Source of the DNA: Patescibacteria group bacterium
GTDB lineage: Bacteria > Patescibacteriota > Minisyncoccia > Phycocordibacterales > Phycocordibacteraceae
DNA length: 41,935 nucleotides
Direction of reading: 5' to 3'
Assembly: GCA_040388985.1 (NCBI GenBank)
Contig: JAZKAU010000002.1
Span: 8,635-50,569, forward strand
This document shows, piece by piece, positions 25,932-35,763 of this stretch (positions are counted from its first letter, which is position 1; every line of letters starts with the position of its first letter). The position numbers were made by a program, and so were the translations under genes. The notes below the pieces were generated by a model that made no database searches, was not told where the DNA came from, and was given only the letters and a program-made list of their open reading frames with translations.

Positions 25932-28900
25932 CGCGTATGAGAGAGAACGAGACTGATCCGGTCGAGAGTTCGGCGGTATGCGGACCGTCGCCGCGGGCGA
26001 CGGTGACCGAATCCTTGGGCGAGAGCCCCTCGGTCTTTCGAGCTTCCGCTACCGCGCGCGCGAAGGTGCGCTCGTCGCCTTCCGCGATAAGCTCGGGTGT
26101 GAGCACCGTATCGAGCGACACAACGCCCGCGCCTCCTTTGATCTCTTTTACGTTCACCTCGTCAGCAAGGATGGCGGAAAGTTCCGGAATAAGCGTTTCG
26201 GGCACCGACAGCCGCGCGAGCGGCTGTCGCACCTTTATATCCGCCTTCTGCCGGAGCATGAGGCCTTCGCTCGCAAGCGCGCGCACTCGTGTCATCGCTT
26301 CAACGAGCGCGGGGTCTGGCGCGTCTACGGCCCCCGGCCATACGGCAAGGTGTACGCTCTCAGGGTCAGCGTTCGTACGCAGCGCTTGATAGAGCTCCTC
26401 GGCCACGAATGGCATGACCGGCGCAATAACGAGAGAGAGTTCCTTAAGCACGAAGCGGAGCGTCGCGAGCGCGGCGAGCTTGTCTGCTGCGTCATCTCCC
26501 TTCATGCGCTCGCGCGAACGCCTGAGGTACCAGGTCGAGAGGTCTTCGATGAATTCACGGAACGGGCGCGTCGCGCGTATGACGTCGTAGCGGTCGAAGG
26601 CTTCGGTAGTGCTGCGGATCAGATCGGCAAGCCGGACGCGTATCCATCGGTCGAGCACGTGCTCGCTCGCAGACTCCCCTTCCCCCGCCTCATCTGCATA
26701 CATGGCGTAGAAGCTCATCACGTTACGGACCATGTTCACGACACGGTTTTGCGCTTCTTTCACTTCGTCGTCGCGGAAGACCAGGTCCTCAGCCTGCATG
26801 ACTACACCCGACATCAAGTAATAGCGAAAGGCGTCGGCGCTATAGGTGTCGAAGAGTAGATACGGATCGGTATAGTTCTTCTTGCTCTTCGAGAGCTTGG
26901 AGCCGTCCGAGCCGTTGATATTCCCCGTGACCGAGACGTTCTTGAAGGCCTTGCTGTCGAAGAGCGATACGCTCATCGCATGGAGATAGTAGAACCAAGC
27001 ACGCGTCTGGCCGATGTATTCCGATATGAAATCCGCGGGCGACCGGCTCTCGAATACTTCGCGGTTCTCGACCGGGTAGTGGTATTCGGCGAACGGCATG
27101 GAGCCAGACTCGACCCAGCAATCGACCACTTCCGGTATGCGGGTAAGCGGTTCTCCTTTCTCGTCTTCGAGCTGTATGCGATCGATATACGGAAGGTGCA
27201 GATCGAGCTCGTAGTCGCGGTTGTGCGGCAATGGCACGAACGGAAGATCGACGAGCGCGCTGTAGGGCGGAAGCATGTGCGGAATATCACAGAGATGTCC
27301 GCGCGGTGCTGCGCCCTCGACGACTGCAGCAAGCGTCTCGAGGCCTATGCCGTGCGTAACGATGAGGATACGTTCGTTCTTTGTCGTCGCTTCAAGTTCA
27401 TACAAGAATTCGCCGAAACGATTCTTCGCATCCTGATAGCTCTCTCCTCCATCAAAGGAATCGGTATAGGTCATCGAGCCTTTGAGAACCAGGAAGTCCG
27501 CATATGGCGTGCCGTTGAGCGCTCCGACGTTGAGTTCGCGCAGTCGGTCGTCATACGTTATAGCGTCAGCATCGATTCCAAGCGCATTAGCAACACGTTC
27601 AGCCGTCTCTTTGGTGCGCGCGAACGGCGACGCATATATCCGCGTTATGCCTTTAGCTTTCAACCCGCCCGCGACCTTGTCTACCTGCGTTCGTCCTTCC
27701 TCGGTCAGCGGCCATTTCTTCTCGTTCGTAGAGTCGAGCACGCCAGCGACATTACTCTGCGCCTCACCGTGCCGAAGCACGGAGTACGTGTTCCCGCTCT
27801 TCTTCGTACGCGCCTTGAGCTCCTCGACCGAACCGATGACGGTCACGTTACCTTGTCCGTCCTTCCATATCGGAAGCGGCGTCGCCCAGAAGCGGTTGCG
27901 CGAGATAGTCCAGTCGGGCGCGGTCTCGAGGTTATGGCGGAAGCGCCCTTCCTTGAGATGCTCGGGAGTCCAGGTGATGGATTCGTTCTCCTTGAGCATC
28001 CGATCCTTTATAGCCTGGATGTTTATGAACCACGACGAGACCGCGTTGAAGATGAGCGCCGTGCCGCAGCGATAACAGTGCGGGTATGAGTGGGTATACG
28101 GCGCTTTCGCGAACAGCAGTCCGCGTTCCTCAAGATCGCCCTTGATGAGTGCTTCTGCCTTCTTGATGTACTGGCCGCGGATGAATTCCGGCGCATCGTC
28201 GTTATAGGTCGCGTTCGGATTCAGTATCGGCACCATCGGCAGTCCTTCCGAAAGCCCAAGCTGGTAGTCGTCCTCGCCGTAAATAACCGCTGTATGCACG
28301 ATACCCGTCCCGTCTTCGGTATTCACGAAATCAGCTGGCAGTACCTGCCACTTCTTCCCTTCGAAGCTAGCTACTTTCGGAAGCGCGTACAGCGGTTCGT
28401 ATTCGATACCTACGAGTTCACTACCTCTAAAAGTTCTTTTAGTCTCTGGAAACTCCCATCTTGAGAAATCACTATCCTCTACCCTTTCTTTCGCAACAAT
28501 AAAAGAAGGGGGTTCTTCTTCACCACCTGGGTTATCTTTTATTAATTGATTCAAAGCACCATTCTCAAATAAGACGTATTCAATATCAGGACCGACCGCG
28601 AGCGCGACATTGCCGGGCAGCGTCCATGGCGTCGTCGTCCACGCGAGCAGATACGTGTTCTCGGGGAGTCCGTGACTTGCAGGATCTTTCACCTTGAATT
28701 TAGCCGTCACCGCTTCCTCCGTCACGTCCTTATACGTGTTGTCCATCGCGATCTCGGCTTTAGCGAGCGGCGTCTCGCAGTGCGGACAATACATGAGCAC
28801 CTTCCGGCCTTCGTAAAGATTCCCCTTCTTGTGGATTGTCGCGAGCGCCCACCATACCGACTCCATGAATGAAGGGTCGAGAGTCTTGTATGAGTTATCG

Positions 28901-29349
28901 AAATCAACGAAGCGTCCGACGCGCTCGACGTACCGTTTCCAGTCGGCGACGTAGGCAAGCACCATCGAGCGTGCGGTCTCGTTGAATGTCTCGACGCCGA
29001 TCTCAAGTATGTCCTTCTTATTCTTGAGACCGAGCTTCTTCTCTACTGCCGACTCTATAGGCAGACCGTGCGTGTCCCATCCCCAACGGCGGCGCACATG
29101 ATATCCGCGCATCGTCTTATACCGCGGGAAGACGTCTTTGGAGACCGACGAGAGCAAGGAACCTGAGTGCGGAAGTCCGGTCGCGAACGGCGGGCCGTCA
29201 TAGAAGACGAATTCGCCGTTCGGAGCTTCCTTTTCTAGGCTCTTCTGGAAGATATGCTTTTCCTGCCAGAATTTCAGCACTTCCTCCTCACGCCGCGCGG
29301 CGTCTGATTTCTCGCTCTGGCCGCGCTCCTTTTTCTCCTGGTCGCTCAT
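25921..29349 (-). CDS. ileS: Isoleucine--tRNA ligase (type 2) with inserted histidine-phosphatase domain
   Basis: FYDGPPFATGLPH, GWDTHGLP, WTTTPWTLP, HSYPHCYRC, DWTISRNRFW, KLSKS; insert LRHGEA..SPFART..LRE..VTHG. Confidence 0.95.
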   Translation of the reverse strand: MSDQEKKERGQSEKSDAARREEEVLKFWQEKHIFQKSLEKEAPNGEFVFYDGPPFATGLPHSGSLLSSVSKDVFPRYKTMRGYHVRRRWGWDTHGLPIESAVEKKLGLKNKKDILEIGVETFNETARSMVLAYVADWKRYVERVGRFVDFDNSYKTLDPSFMESVWWALATIHKKGNLYEGRKVLMYCPHCETPLAKAEIAMDNTYKDVTEEAVTAKFKVKDPASHGLPENTYLLAWTTTPWTLPGNVALAVGPDIEYVLFENGALNQLIKDNPGGEEEPPSFIVAKERVEDSDFSRWEFPETKRTFRGSELVGIEYEPLYALPKVASFEGKKWQVLPADFVNTEDGTGIVHTAVIYGEDDYQLGLSEGLPMVPILNPNATYNDDAPEFIRGQYIKKAEALIKGDLEERGLLFAKAPYTHSYPHCYRCGTALIFNAVSSWFINIQAIKDRMLKENESITWTPEHLKEGRFRHNLETAPDWTISRNRFWATPLPIWKDGQGNVTVIGSVEELKARTKKSGNTYSVLRHGEAQSNVAGVLDSTNEKKWPLTEEGRTQVDKVAGGLKAKGITRIYASPFARTKETAERVANALGIDADAITYDDRLRELNVGALNGTPYADFLVLKGSMTYTDSFDGGESYQDAKNRFGEFLYELEATTKNERILIVTHGIGLETLAAVVEGAAPRGHLCDIPHMLPPYSALVDLPFVPLPHNRDYELDLHLPYIDRIQLEDEKGEPLTRIPEVVDCWVESGSMPFAEYHYPVENREVFESRSPADFISEYIGQTRAWFYYLHAMSVSLFDSKAFKNVSVTGNINGSDGSKLSKSKKNYTDPYLLFDTYSADAFRYYLMSGVVMQAEDLVFRDDEVKEAQNRVVNMVRNVMSFYAMYADEAGEGESASEHVLDRWIRVRLADLIRSTTEAFDRYDVIRATRPFREFIEDLSTWYLRRSRERMKGDDAADKLAALATLRFVLKELSLVIAPVMPFVAEELYQALRTNADPESVHLAVWPGAVDAPDPALVEAMTRVRALASEGLMLRQKADIKVRQPLARLSVPETLIPELSAILADEVNVKEIKGGAGVVSLDTVLTPELIAEGDERTFARAVAEARKTEGLSPKDSVTVARGDGPHTAELSTGSVSFSLIRDAA

Positions 29350-29403
29350 ATAATATATGTATCCTATCGTTTTCAGCCCCAAAAAGGAACTAGCGCGCGT
29401 ATC

Positions 29404-29640
29404 GAGAGCCTTCTGAAAAACCCGAGATGCAAGGCGGAGCAGAGCGCGACATTATTTCCACGACCGAAGGGAGTAGGAAATAAGAAGTACCCTTGCGGTG
29501 CGAATCCGAGCTGTACTGGGGTGCACCCCAAGGGCACTTCCTGTTTACTAACTCCAGCCCGTCGTAAGTAAACAGGGGCGTACATGAGGGTTCGAGCGAT
29601 AGCGCGGGCAAAGCAGATCGGGGAATTTCAGGAGGATCTC
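29404..29640 (+). repeat. MITE-like element, family 1, expanded copy D with nested hairpins
   Basis: Ends match copy B; interior holds three extra stem-loops. Confidence 0.8.
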
Positions 29641-31321
29641 ACATCTTCTCCGGAGCAGGGATACCTAGTACCCAAAGACCGTTCTCCATCGTACGAATAA
29701 ATGCAGAAACGACTCCGAGCTTATATGCTTCGTTATCTCCGCCGATGATGCGCTCATTCGCATAGAACGAGTTCCACTCGCTCGCGAGCTGCGTAAGGTA
29801 CTGCGCAACGAGGTGCGGAGCGCGGAGCGCTTGGGCTTTTCGGATTATCTCCGGAAACCGCGTGATGCGCCGTGAAAGTTCATACGGAGTTTCAGTCGCT
29901 TTCGCTTCAGCTTCTGCTGCAGGTCCTGCCTTCTCGAGAATCGAACGGGCGCGAACGAGCGCGTACTGCAGATATGGGCCGGAATCTCCTTCAAGCGACA
30001 GAGACTTCTCCGGATCAAAGATGATATTGGAACCAGGCGCGCTGCGCAGGATCATGTATTTCAAAGCGCCTATGGCAACCTGCTGCGCGACGAGCGGATC
30101 GGGATTACGAACCCCCGCAGCAGTTACGAGCTCCGTGATCAGTTCGCGTGCAGTGATGACATTCCCCTTGCGCGATGACATCTTTCCCGTGGTCAGCTGT
30201 AGGAGGCCGTGGGCAGCATGCTCGATCTTTGCGGCAAGCTGAGGCGCGATGTCCTCGAAGGCCGCCAGGAATACCTTGAAGTGCCCTACCTGCTCGACAG
30301 CGGTGAGGATGAGCTCGTGATCGACAGAAGCCCGCATTTCCTTCAGGAAGGCTAAGCCGATGTCCTTAGTCTCATAGGTAGGCGTGCCGCGGCTCGTGAT
30401 GAAGACGAGCGTGTGAAGACCCTTCTTCTCGCCGCGATAGATGATGGCGCCATCGCTCTTCTCGAGCACTCCTTTATCGAGCGCATCATAGACCGCGTCC
30501 ATGCCAAGCTTCGTCGTATCGCTGTCGAAGAAGGTATAGTCATAGGTCGTGCCCAGAAGCCTGAAGATTTCTTCGAACTCTTCCATCGAGACCTCGCGTC
30601 CTTTCTGCCAGAGATAGAGGAGCGCGCGGTCCTCTTCTGAGAACGCCGCTACCTCTTCCTGCCTCGCGACGATGTCGTATATGTGGGTATTGAGCGCATC
30701 GATTTGCGTCTTCGCTTCCTCGCTCTCTTCGTATGCGTTCGCGCCCTGCGTGTACGCCTTTCCTATCTCCTTAGCCGAAGCAATATCCGTCACGCCGTCG
30801 CGCATGAATACCCAGAGCGCCTTGGCTACCTGAGGACCTACATCGCCGCCGAATGTATCGCGCAGCACCGTCGCGCCGGAGTATTCGATAAGACGCGCGA
30901 AGGATTCGCCGATGACTGCGCCCGTCGCGTGACCGATATGCATCTCCTTGAACGGATTCGGATTCCCGTATTCGACCATGATGCGCATACCTGCCTGGTC
31001 AGTATTCCTCCCCCACTCCCCGTCGCGCGTTGCAATGAGGATATGGGAAACGGCTTCCTCCGAGAGCGTGATATTGATGAAGCCGGGGCCGGCGATCTCG
31101 ACGCCTGCGGCGTCGCTTCCGAGCGCTGCTTGAAGCGCGGGCGCGAGTTCCTCCGCAATCTGTCGCGGCGGCTTCCCGAGCGCCTTGCTTGCGGCCATCG
31201 CGGCATTCACCGCATAGTCGCCATGAGCCATGTCTGCGGGCCACTCGACCGCGAACGAGACCTCGGCCGCGCCAAGCTCTTCGAGCTTCTCCGCAACCGC
31301 CTTTCTGATCCTCTCTTCCAT
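29639..31321 (-). CDS. argS: Arginine--tRNA ligase
   Basis: HGDYA, IAGPGFINI, NPFKEMHIGH, KMSSRKG, GDSGPYLQYA..R, APEKM. Confidence 0.97.
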   Translation of the reverse strand: MEERIRKAVAEKLEELGAAEVSFAVEWPADMAHGDYAVNAAMAASKALGKPPRQIAEELAPALQAALGSDAAGVEIAGPGFINITLSEEAVSHILIATRDGEWGRNTDQAGMRIMVEYGNPNPFKEMHIGHATGAVIGESFARLIEYSGATVLRDTFGGDVGPQVAKALWVFMRDGVTDIASAKEIGKAYTQGANAYEESEEAKTQIDALNTHIYDIVARQEEVAAFSEEDRALLYLWQKGREVSMEEFEEIFRLLGTTYDYTFFDSDTTKLGMDAVYDALDKGVLEKSDGAIIYRGEKKGLHTLVFITSRGTPTYETKDIGLAFLKEMRASVDHELILTAVEQVGHFKVFLAAFEDIAPQLAAKIEHAAHGLLQLTTGKMSSRKGNVITARELITELVTAAGVRNPDPLVAQQVAIGALKYMILRSAPGSNIIFDPEKSLSLEGDSGPYLQYALVRARSILEKAGPAAEAEAKATETPYELSRRITRFPEIIRKAQALRAPHLVAQYLTQLASEWNSFYANERIIGGDNEAYKLGVVSAFIRTMENGLWVLGIPAPEKM

Positions 31322-31411
31322 TGACTCGACTATACCACTTCGCCTCTGTTGCCGGCAGTCTGGGCCCTATCTGGGATCTTCGGAAACTGTCTGAAGGTGG
31401 TATGAGATTCC

Positions 31412-32416
31412 CTAGTTGATCTCTATGTCCACGTAGGTTATCTGCGGGAACTTCGCTCGTATACCTTGCTCGATGACCTTAATACGATTTCCTACGAGAC
31501 GCGGGATACGATCGGTGGTCCTGAACATGAGTTTTGTGAATTCCTTGAAACTATCTTTTATAGTATCGAACTCTTCCTGCAGGTCGCCGTCGTCGTATAT
31601 CTCTTCATAGAGCGGCGATCCGTTCCACTCGACTGCAGCGAAGATCCGGTACTTGCTTATGTCCACTGCTACCGATTTAAATTCCGTCACATGCTCTATG
31701 CATGAGTCTTTTTCGAGCGCCTCGATGATATCTTCTATGACGTCTTCGCTGAGCGGTTTTCCGATGATGTACTGGTGGTTCTTTATGATGAGCAGGATGG
31801 CTAGAAAGCCCAGGATGAGGCCCACCGCTATTCCCCCGACTGCGTCATACATAACATTCCCTGTCACATAGGTTAGCCACTGGGCGATAAGAGCGAAGAT
31901 CACGCCGCATACGGCGACTCCGTCCTCATAGATGATCGCAAGGAGCACGGGGTCGGCATCGGTGAAGATCTCTGTCGATAATTTCCTCTTTCCCTGCAAT
32001 TCCTTGAGCGCGAGCACAAACGTTATCCCTTCTATCACGAGTGCGCAGAGTAGGACGGCGATGCTCAGTATGCTGAACGTATGCGGTCCGCTACTTGCAG
32101 AAAGCAGGGAGTGTATCGAGTGATAGATGGCTATTCCGGAACCGATGAACAGTACTCCGCAGGCGGAGATGAGCGACCAGAAGAATCTCTCTATGCCGTA
32201 TCCGTATCCATGGACGGTATCGGCGGGTTTCTTGGATCGATGTATGCCGATGAGCAGCAAGGACTGATTCAGGGTATCGGCAATGCTGTGTATGCTCTCG
32301 GCGAACATGCTCGCGGAACCGGTCGTGATAGCTAGCACGGTCTTCACGACTGCCAGGAAGATATTACCGACGAGTGCCGACAATACTGATGATCTGCCTT
32401 GCACGTGCTTCCCCAT
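31412..32416 (-). CDS. Cation diffusion facilitator family transporter
   Basis: SMFAESIHSIADT.NQ, HGYGYG.ERFFW, YED motif. Confidence 0.9.
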   Translation of the reverse strand: MGKHVQGRSSVLSALVGNIFLAVVKTVLAITTGSASMFAESIHSIADTLNQSLLLIGIHRSKKPADTVHGYGYGIERFFWSLISACGVLFIGSGIAIYHSIHSLLSASSGPHTFSILSIAVLLCALVIEGITFVLALKELQGKRKLSTEIFTDADPVLLAIIYEDGVAVCGVIFALIAQWLTYVTGNVMYDAVGGIAVGLILGFLAILLIIKNHQYIIGKPLSEDVIEDIIEALEKDSCIEHVTEFKSVAVDISKYRIFAAVEWNGSPLYEEIYDDGDLQEEFDTIKDSFKEFTKLMFRTTDRIPRLVGNRIKVIEQGIRAKFPQITYVDIEIN

Positions 32417-32474
32417 AGTTGTTCTCATTGTAGCAGGGCGCGACAGGAACCGAGATTCTGGAGTCCGAGCAGCG

Positions 32475-32762
32475 TTATAGCTTATTCTCTACGAAATTCC
32501 GTATTGCCTGCAGCTCGCGTTCGAGTTGTTCGTTGCCTTCGAGCGGCGTATCTTCCACCTGGTGAAAATCGAACTCCCGCATTTGCTGCGCCGTGAACCA
32601 TTTCCCTGCGGCCATAGCATCCTGAACCTCTTCAAGCTGGGTCATGAATGATTCGAGGCGCATGTCTCCCAGATTCCGGGCGCGATACGTATTGATAACG
32701 GTAAGCACATTCGTGATGCGCTCCTGCATCTGCTCGAATACTCCTTCGTCGCGCGAATTCAT
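32475..32762 (-). CDS. Hypothetical helical protein
   Basis: Compact ORF directly after glyA with host-like codons. Confidence 0.6.
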   Translation of the reverse strand: MNSRDEGVFEQMQERITNVLTVINTYRARNLGDMRLESFMTQLEEVQDAMAAGKWFTAQQMREFDFHQVEDTPLEGNEQLERELQAIRNFVENKL

Positions 32763-32777
32763 AGCTGCGCGTATGGC

Positions 32778-34040
32778 TTACGAAAACGATTCGGGGATGG
32801 GGTGTGCGGCGGCCAGCTCGCGGATGCGTCCGCGCGCTTTCGCGACCGCGACCGCGTCACGCCCCTTGAGTACGTCGAGCATGAGGCGCGCTACCTCCTT
32901 GCAATCCTCGGCGCCAAAACCGCGGGTCGTGAGCGCGGGGGTACCGAAACGGATGCCGGATGGGTCCATGGGACTACGCGTATCGTCGGCGATGGCGTTC
33001 TTGTTGAGCGTCATCCCTGCCTCGTCGAGCAGCTTCTCAGCGTCGCTGCCAGAGATATTGAACGAGCTCCAGACATCGGCGAGGATGAGGTGATTGTCGG
33101 TGCCACCCGTGATGAGACGCGCACCTCCGGCGGTGAAGACCTCGGCCATAGCCGCGGCATTATCTATCACGTCCTTCGCATACGCCTTGAATGATGGCTG
33201 CGCCGCCTCTCTGAAGGATATGGCCTTAGCTGCTATCTGATGCATGTGCGGGCCTCCCTGGAGGCCCGGGAAGACGGCCTTGTCTATGGCCTTTGCCACT
33301 TCTACGCTATCACGCGTGAGGATCATGCCGCCGCGAGGGCCGCGCAATGTCTTATGCGTCGTCGTCGTCATGACGTCGAAGCCGTACGCGAAAGGATTCT
33401 CGAGCGCTCCTCCTGCGATAAGCCCTGCGATGTGCGCGACGTCCGCCATAGCTACAGCGCCCACGCTGTGCGCAATGTCCGCGAGCCGCTTCCAGTCGAG
33501 AGTGCGCGGATACGCCGAGAAGCCGGCCAGGATGACTTTGGGCTTCATCTTCTGCGCCACGACTTCGAGCGCGTCGTAGTCGATCTCACCGGTCTCGATG
33601 TCCTTCATGCCATAGCGCACGAAGTTAAATACTTTCGATATATAGGTGACTGGGTGACCATGCGTAAGGTGTCCCCCATGCGAGAGATCCATGCCGATGA
33701 TCGTATCGCCCGGCTGCATAAGCGCCATGTATGCCGCGATGTTCGCGTTGGCACCACCTAAGGGCTGTACGTTCGCGAATCCTGCGCTAAAGAGCGCCTT
33801 CGCGCGGTCGCGCGCGATGTTCTCGACCGAATCCGTGAATTCCTGGCCGCCATAGTAGCGCTTGCCTGGATACCCTTCTGAATATTTATTCGTCAGTCCG
33901 CTTGCCATCGCCTCCTTCACCGCAGTCGAGACGTAGTTCTCTGACGGGATGAGCTCGAGACCATCGCGCTGGCGCGTATCTTCTCCGACGATAGCGCCGA
34001 AGATCTGAGGATCTTCCCGCTCGATGAATGGATATTCCAT
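32778..34040 (-). CDS. glyA: Serine hydroxymethyltransferase
   Basis: LELIPSEN, NKYSEGYPGKRYYGG, GGHLTHG, TTTHKTLRGPRGG; start set at MEYPF. Confidence 0.98.
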   Translation of the reverse strand: MEYPFIEREDPQIFGAIVGEDTRQRDGLELIPSENYVSTAVKEAMASGLTNKYSEGYPGKRYYGGQEFTDSVENIARDRAKALFSAGFANVQPLGGANANIAAYMALMQPGDTIIGMDLSHGGHLTHGHPVTYISKVFNFVRYGMKDIETGEIDYDALEVVAQKMKPKVILAGFSAYPRTLDWKRLADIAHSVGAVAMADVAHIAGLIAGGALENPFAYGFDVMTTTTHKTLRGPRGGMILTRDSVEVAKAIDKAVFPGLQGGPHMHQIAAKAISFREAAQPSFKAYAKDVIDNAAAMAEVFTAGGARLITGGTDNHLILADVWSSFNISGSDAEKLLDEAGMTLNKNAIADDTRSPMDPSGIRFGTPALTTRGFGAEDCKEVARLMLDVLKGRDAVAVAKARGRIRELAAAHPIPESFS

Positions 34041-34055
34041 GGGACAATTGTATCC

Positions 34056-34087
34056 GAAAAAGGCTGGGCCCGCGATGCGGGCCCAGC
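34056..34087 (-). terminator. Terminator after tmk
   Basis: gctgggcccgc-atc-gcgggcccagc followed by cttttt on the minus strand. Confidence 0.7.
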
Positions 34088-34090
34088 TAG

Positions 34091-34774
34091 TTATATGGAG
34101 TACCGGGCGACCGCCCGCAGCACGTCTTCGTGAATGTCCTCGCGCGAGCGGATGGCACCTTGAGAGTCCACGCAGTCGATGACCTGCCAGTTCGAATACC
34201 GGGCGGCAAGCCAATTGGCCATGGCGTGGCACTTATCGAGGTATTCGCGATCGCGCTCGTGGACGTCCGACTCTCCGTCGGCCAGCTGTCCGCCCTTGCT
34301 CGCACGCTTCTGAGCTAGCAGTTCCAGACTCACCTCTACCGGCGCCTTGAGATAGATAACGACATCAGGCCGCGGATTCTTGAAAACCACATGCTCGACA
34401 TGATCGAGCCAGTCGAGGAAGGCGATGCGCTCCGCCTCATCCGCGATCTTACCGCCTTGATGGATCTGATTCGATCCAGAGAAGCGGTCAGCGATGACCG
34501 TAATGTCGCGCGCAAGTGCGCGGCGCATCTCCTCGGATGACTCGAATCGGTCTGCTGCGTAGAGCGTGGAGGCGATGCGCGCGTCGGTGTGTACGAAGTC
34601 CCCACGTTCGCCCGCGAGGCACTCGGCCAGAAGCTTCCCGTAGGTGTTGCGATCGTAACCCGGGAAATCGAACGTCAGACACTCCAATCCGCGCCGTTCG
34701 AATTCCTCGACCAGCATCTTCGTTTGCGTCGCCTTCCCCGACCCGTCTATTCCCTCTATCGCGATAAAGGCCAT
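34091..34774 (-). CDS. tmk: Thymidylate kinase
   Basis: FIAIEGIDGSGKATQ, FDFP, ADRF..S, PDVVIYL. Confidence 0.92.
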   Translation of the reverse strand: MAFIAIEGIDGSGKATQTKMLVEEFERRGLECLTFDFPGYDRNTYGKLLAECLAGERGDFVHTDARIASTLYAADRFESSEEMRRALARDITVIADRFSGSNQIHQGGKIADEAERIAFLDWLDHVEHVVFKNPRPDVVIYLKAPVEVSLELLAQKRASKGGQLADGESDVHERDREYLDKCHAMANWLAARYSNWQVIDCVDSQGAIRSREDIHEDVLRAVARYSI

Positions 34775-34792
34775 ATCAGAAACGTATCGCGA

Positions 34793-35761
34793 CTAGCCGT
34801 GCAGTTTTTTGTTGTAGCCGCCGGCTACCGTGAGCTCTGCCTTGATAGGCGGGTGCGGCTCGTATCCAACGAGGTCGACGAATTCCGGACGGAAGGAATC
34901 AAGCGAGTCGAACTCTTGATTGAACGATATGGTCGGAAAAGGATTCGGCGTGCGCGAGAGCTGCTCTTGCGCCTGTGCCTTATGATTCTCATATATATGG
35001 AGGTCGCCGAACGTATGAATGAATTCTCCCGGCTCGCGCCCGAGAATCTTAGCGATGATGAAGGCAAGCAACGCGTAGCTCCCTATGTTGAACGGCACGC
35101 CGAGGAACACGTCCGCTGAACGCTGATAGAGCTGCAAGCAGACTTTTCCTTTCTTTATGTTCAGCTGATACATGTTGTGGCAGATCGGGAAACGGGCGCC
35201 TTCGCCGGGACGAGCCATACCGTACATATATTCTGGATTCCAAGAAGTTACGAGCGTATTGTGAGCGCTCGGATCTTTCTTGAGCTCGTCGATAACCCAG
35301 GCAAGCTGATCGACCCGCCTTCCGTCTTTCGCCTCCCATCGCCTCCAATGTTCACCATATATATGAGGAAGTTCTCCGTGCTGCGCAGCGAATGCTTCAT
35401 CTTCGCCTATCTTCTTGATGAAATCTTCCTTCGAAAGCTCTTCCGCTTCTCCTTTCGCCACCTTCTCGCTGTAGATCTTGTACGGATAGTCGTCCCAAAT
35501 ATGCACGTCCGTATTCACGAGATATCTAATATTCGACTGGCCTGACATGAACCAGTAAAGCTCCTGCAATATGCCGTTCCAATACGTCTTCTTGGTGGTG
35601 AGGAGCGGGAAGCCCTGCGAAAGATCGAACCGTATCTGGCGCCCGAATACGCTATAGGTCTTCACGCCCGTGCCGCTATCGACCTGCTCTTCTCCGTGCT
35701 CAAGCGTCTCGCGCAGGAGATTCAGATACTGATGCTCGGGATGAGAGGTGTCGGGGTTCAT
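34793..35761 (-). CDS. thyA: Thymidylate synthase
   Basis: FPLLTTKK, PICH, YQRSADVFLGVPFN, GDLHIYENH. Confidence 0.97.
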   Translation of the reverse strand: MNPDTSHPEHQYLNLLRETLEHGEEQVDSGTGVKTYSVFGRQIRFDLSQGFPLLTTKKTYWNGILQELYWFMSGQSNIRYLVNTDVHIWDDYPYKIYSEKVAKGEAEELSKEDFIKKIGEDEAFAAQHGELPHIYGEHWRRWEAKDGRRVDQLAWVIDELKKDPSAHNTLVTSWNPEYMYGMARPGEGARFPICHNMYQLNIKKGKVCLQLYQRSADVFLGVPFNIGSYALLAFIIAKILGREPGEFIHTFGDLHIYENHKAQAQEQLSRTPNPFPTISFNQEFDSLDSFRPEFVDLVGYEPHPPIKAELTVAGGYNKKLHG

Positions 35762-35763
35762 GG

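Noticed and set aside
26980-28089. 369-aa ORF antisense to ileS; possible intein or intron at the insertion
   Set aside because: Shadow ORF; the ileS frame is uninterrupted and has no intein termini
29404-29640. T-box riboswitch upstream of ileS
   Set aside because: No T-box consensus (UGGNACC) or specifier stem seen; the ends match the dispersed repeat family
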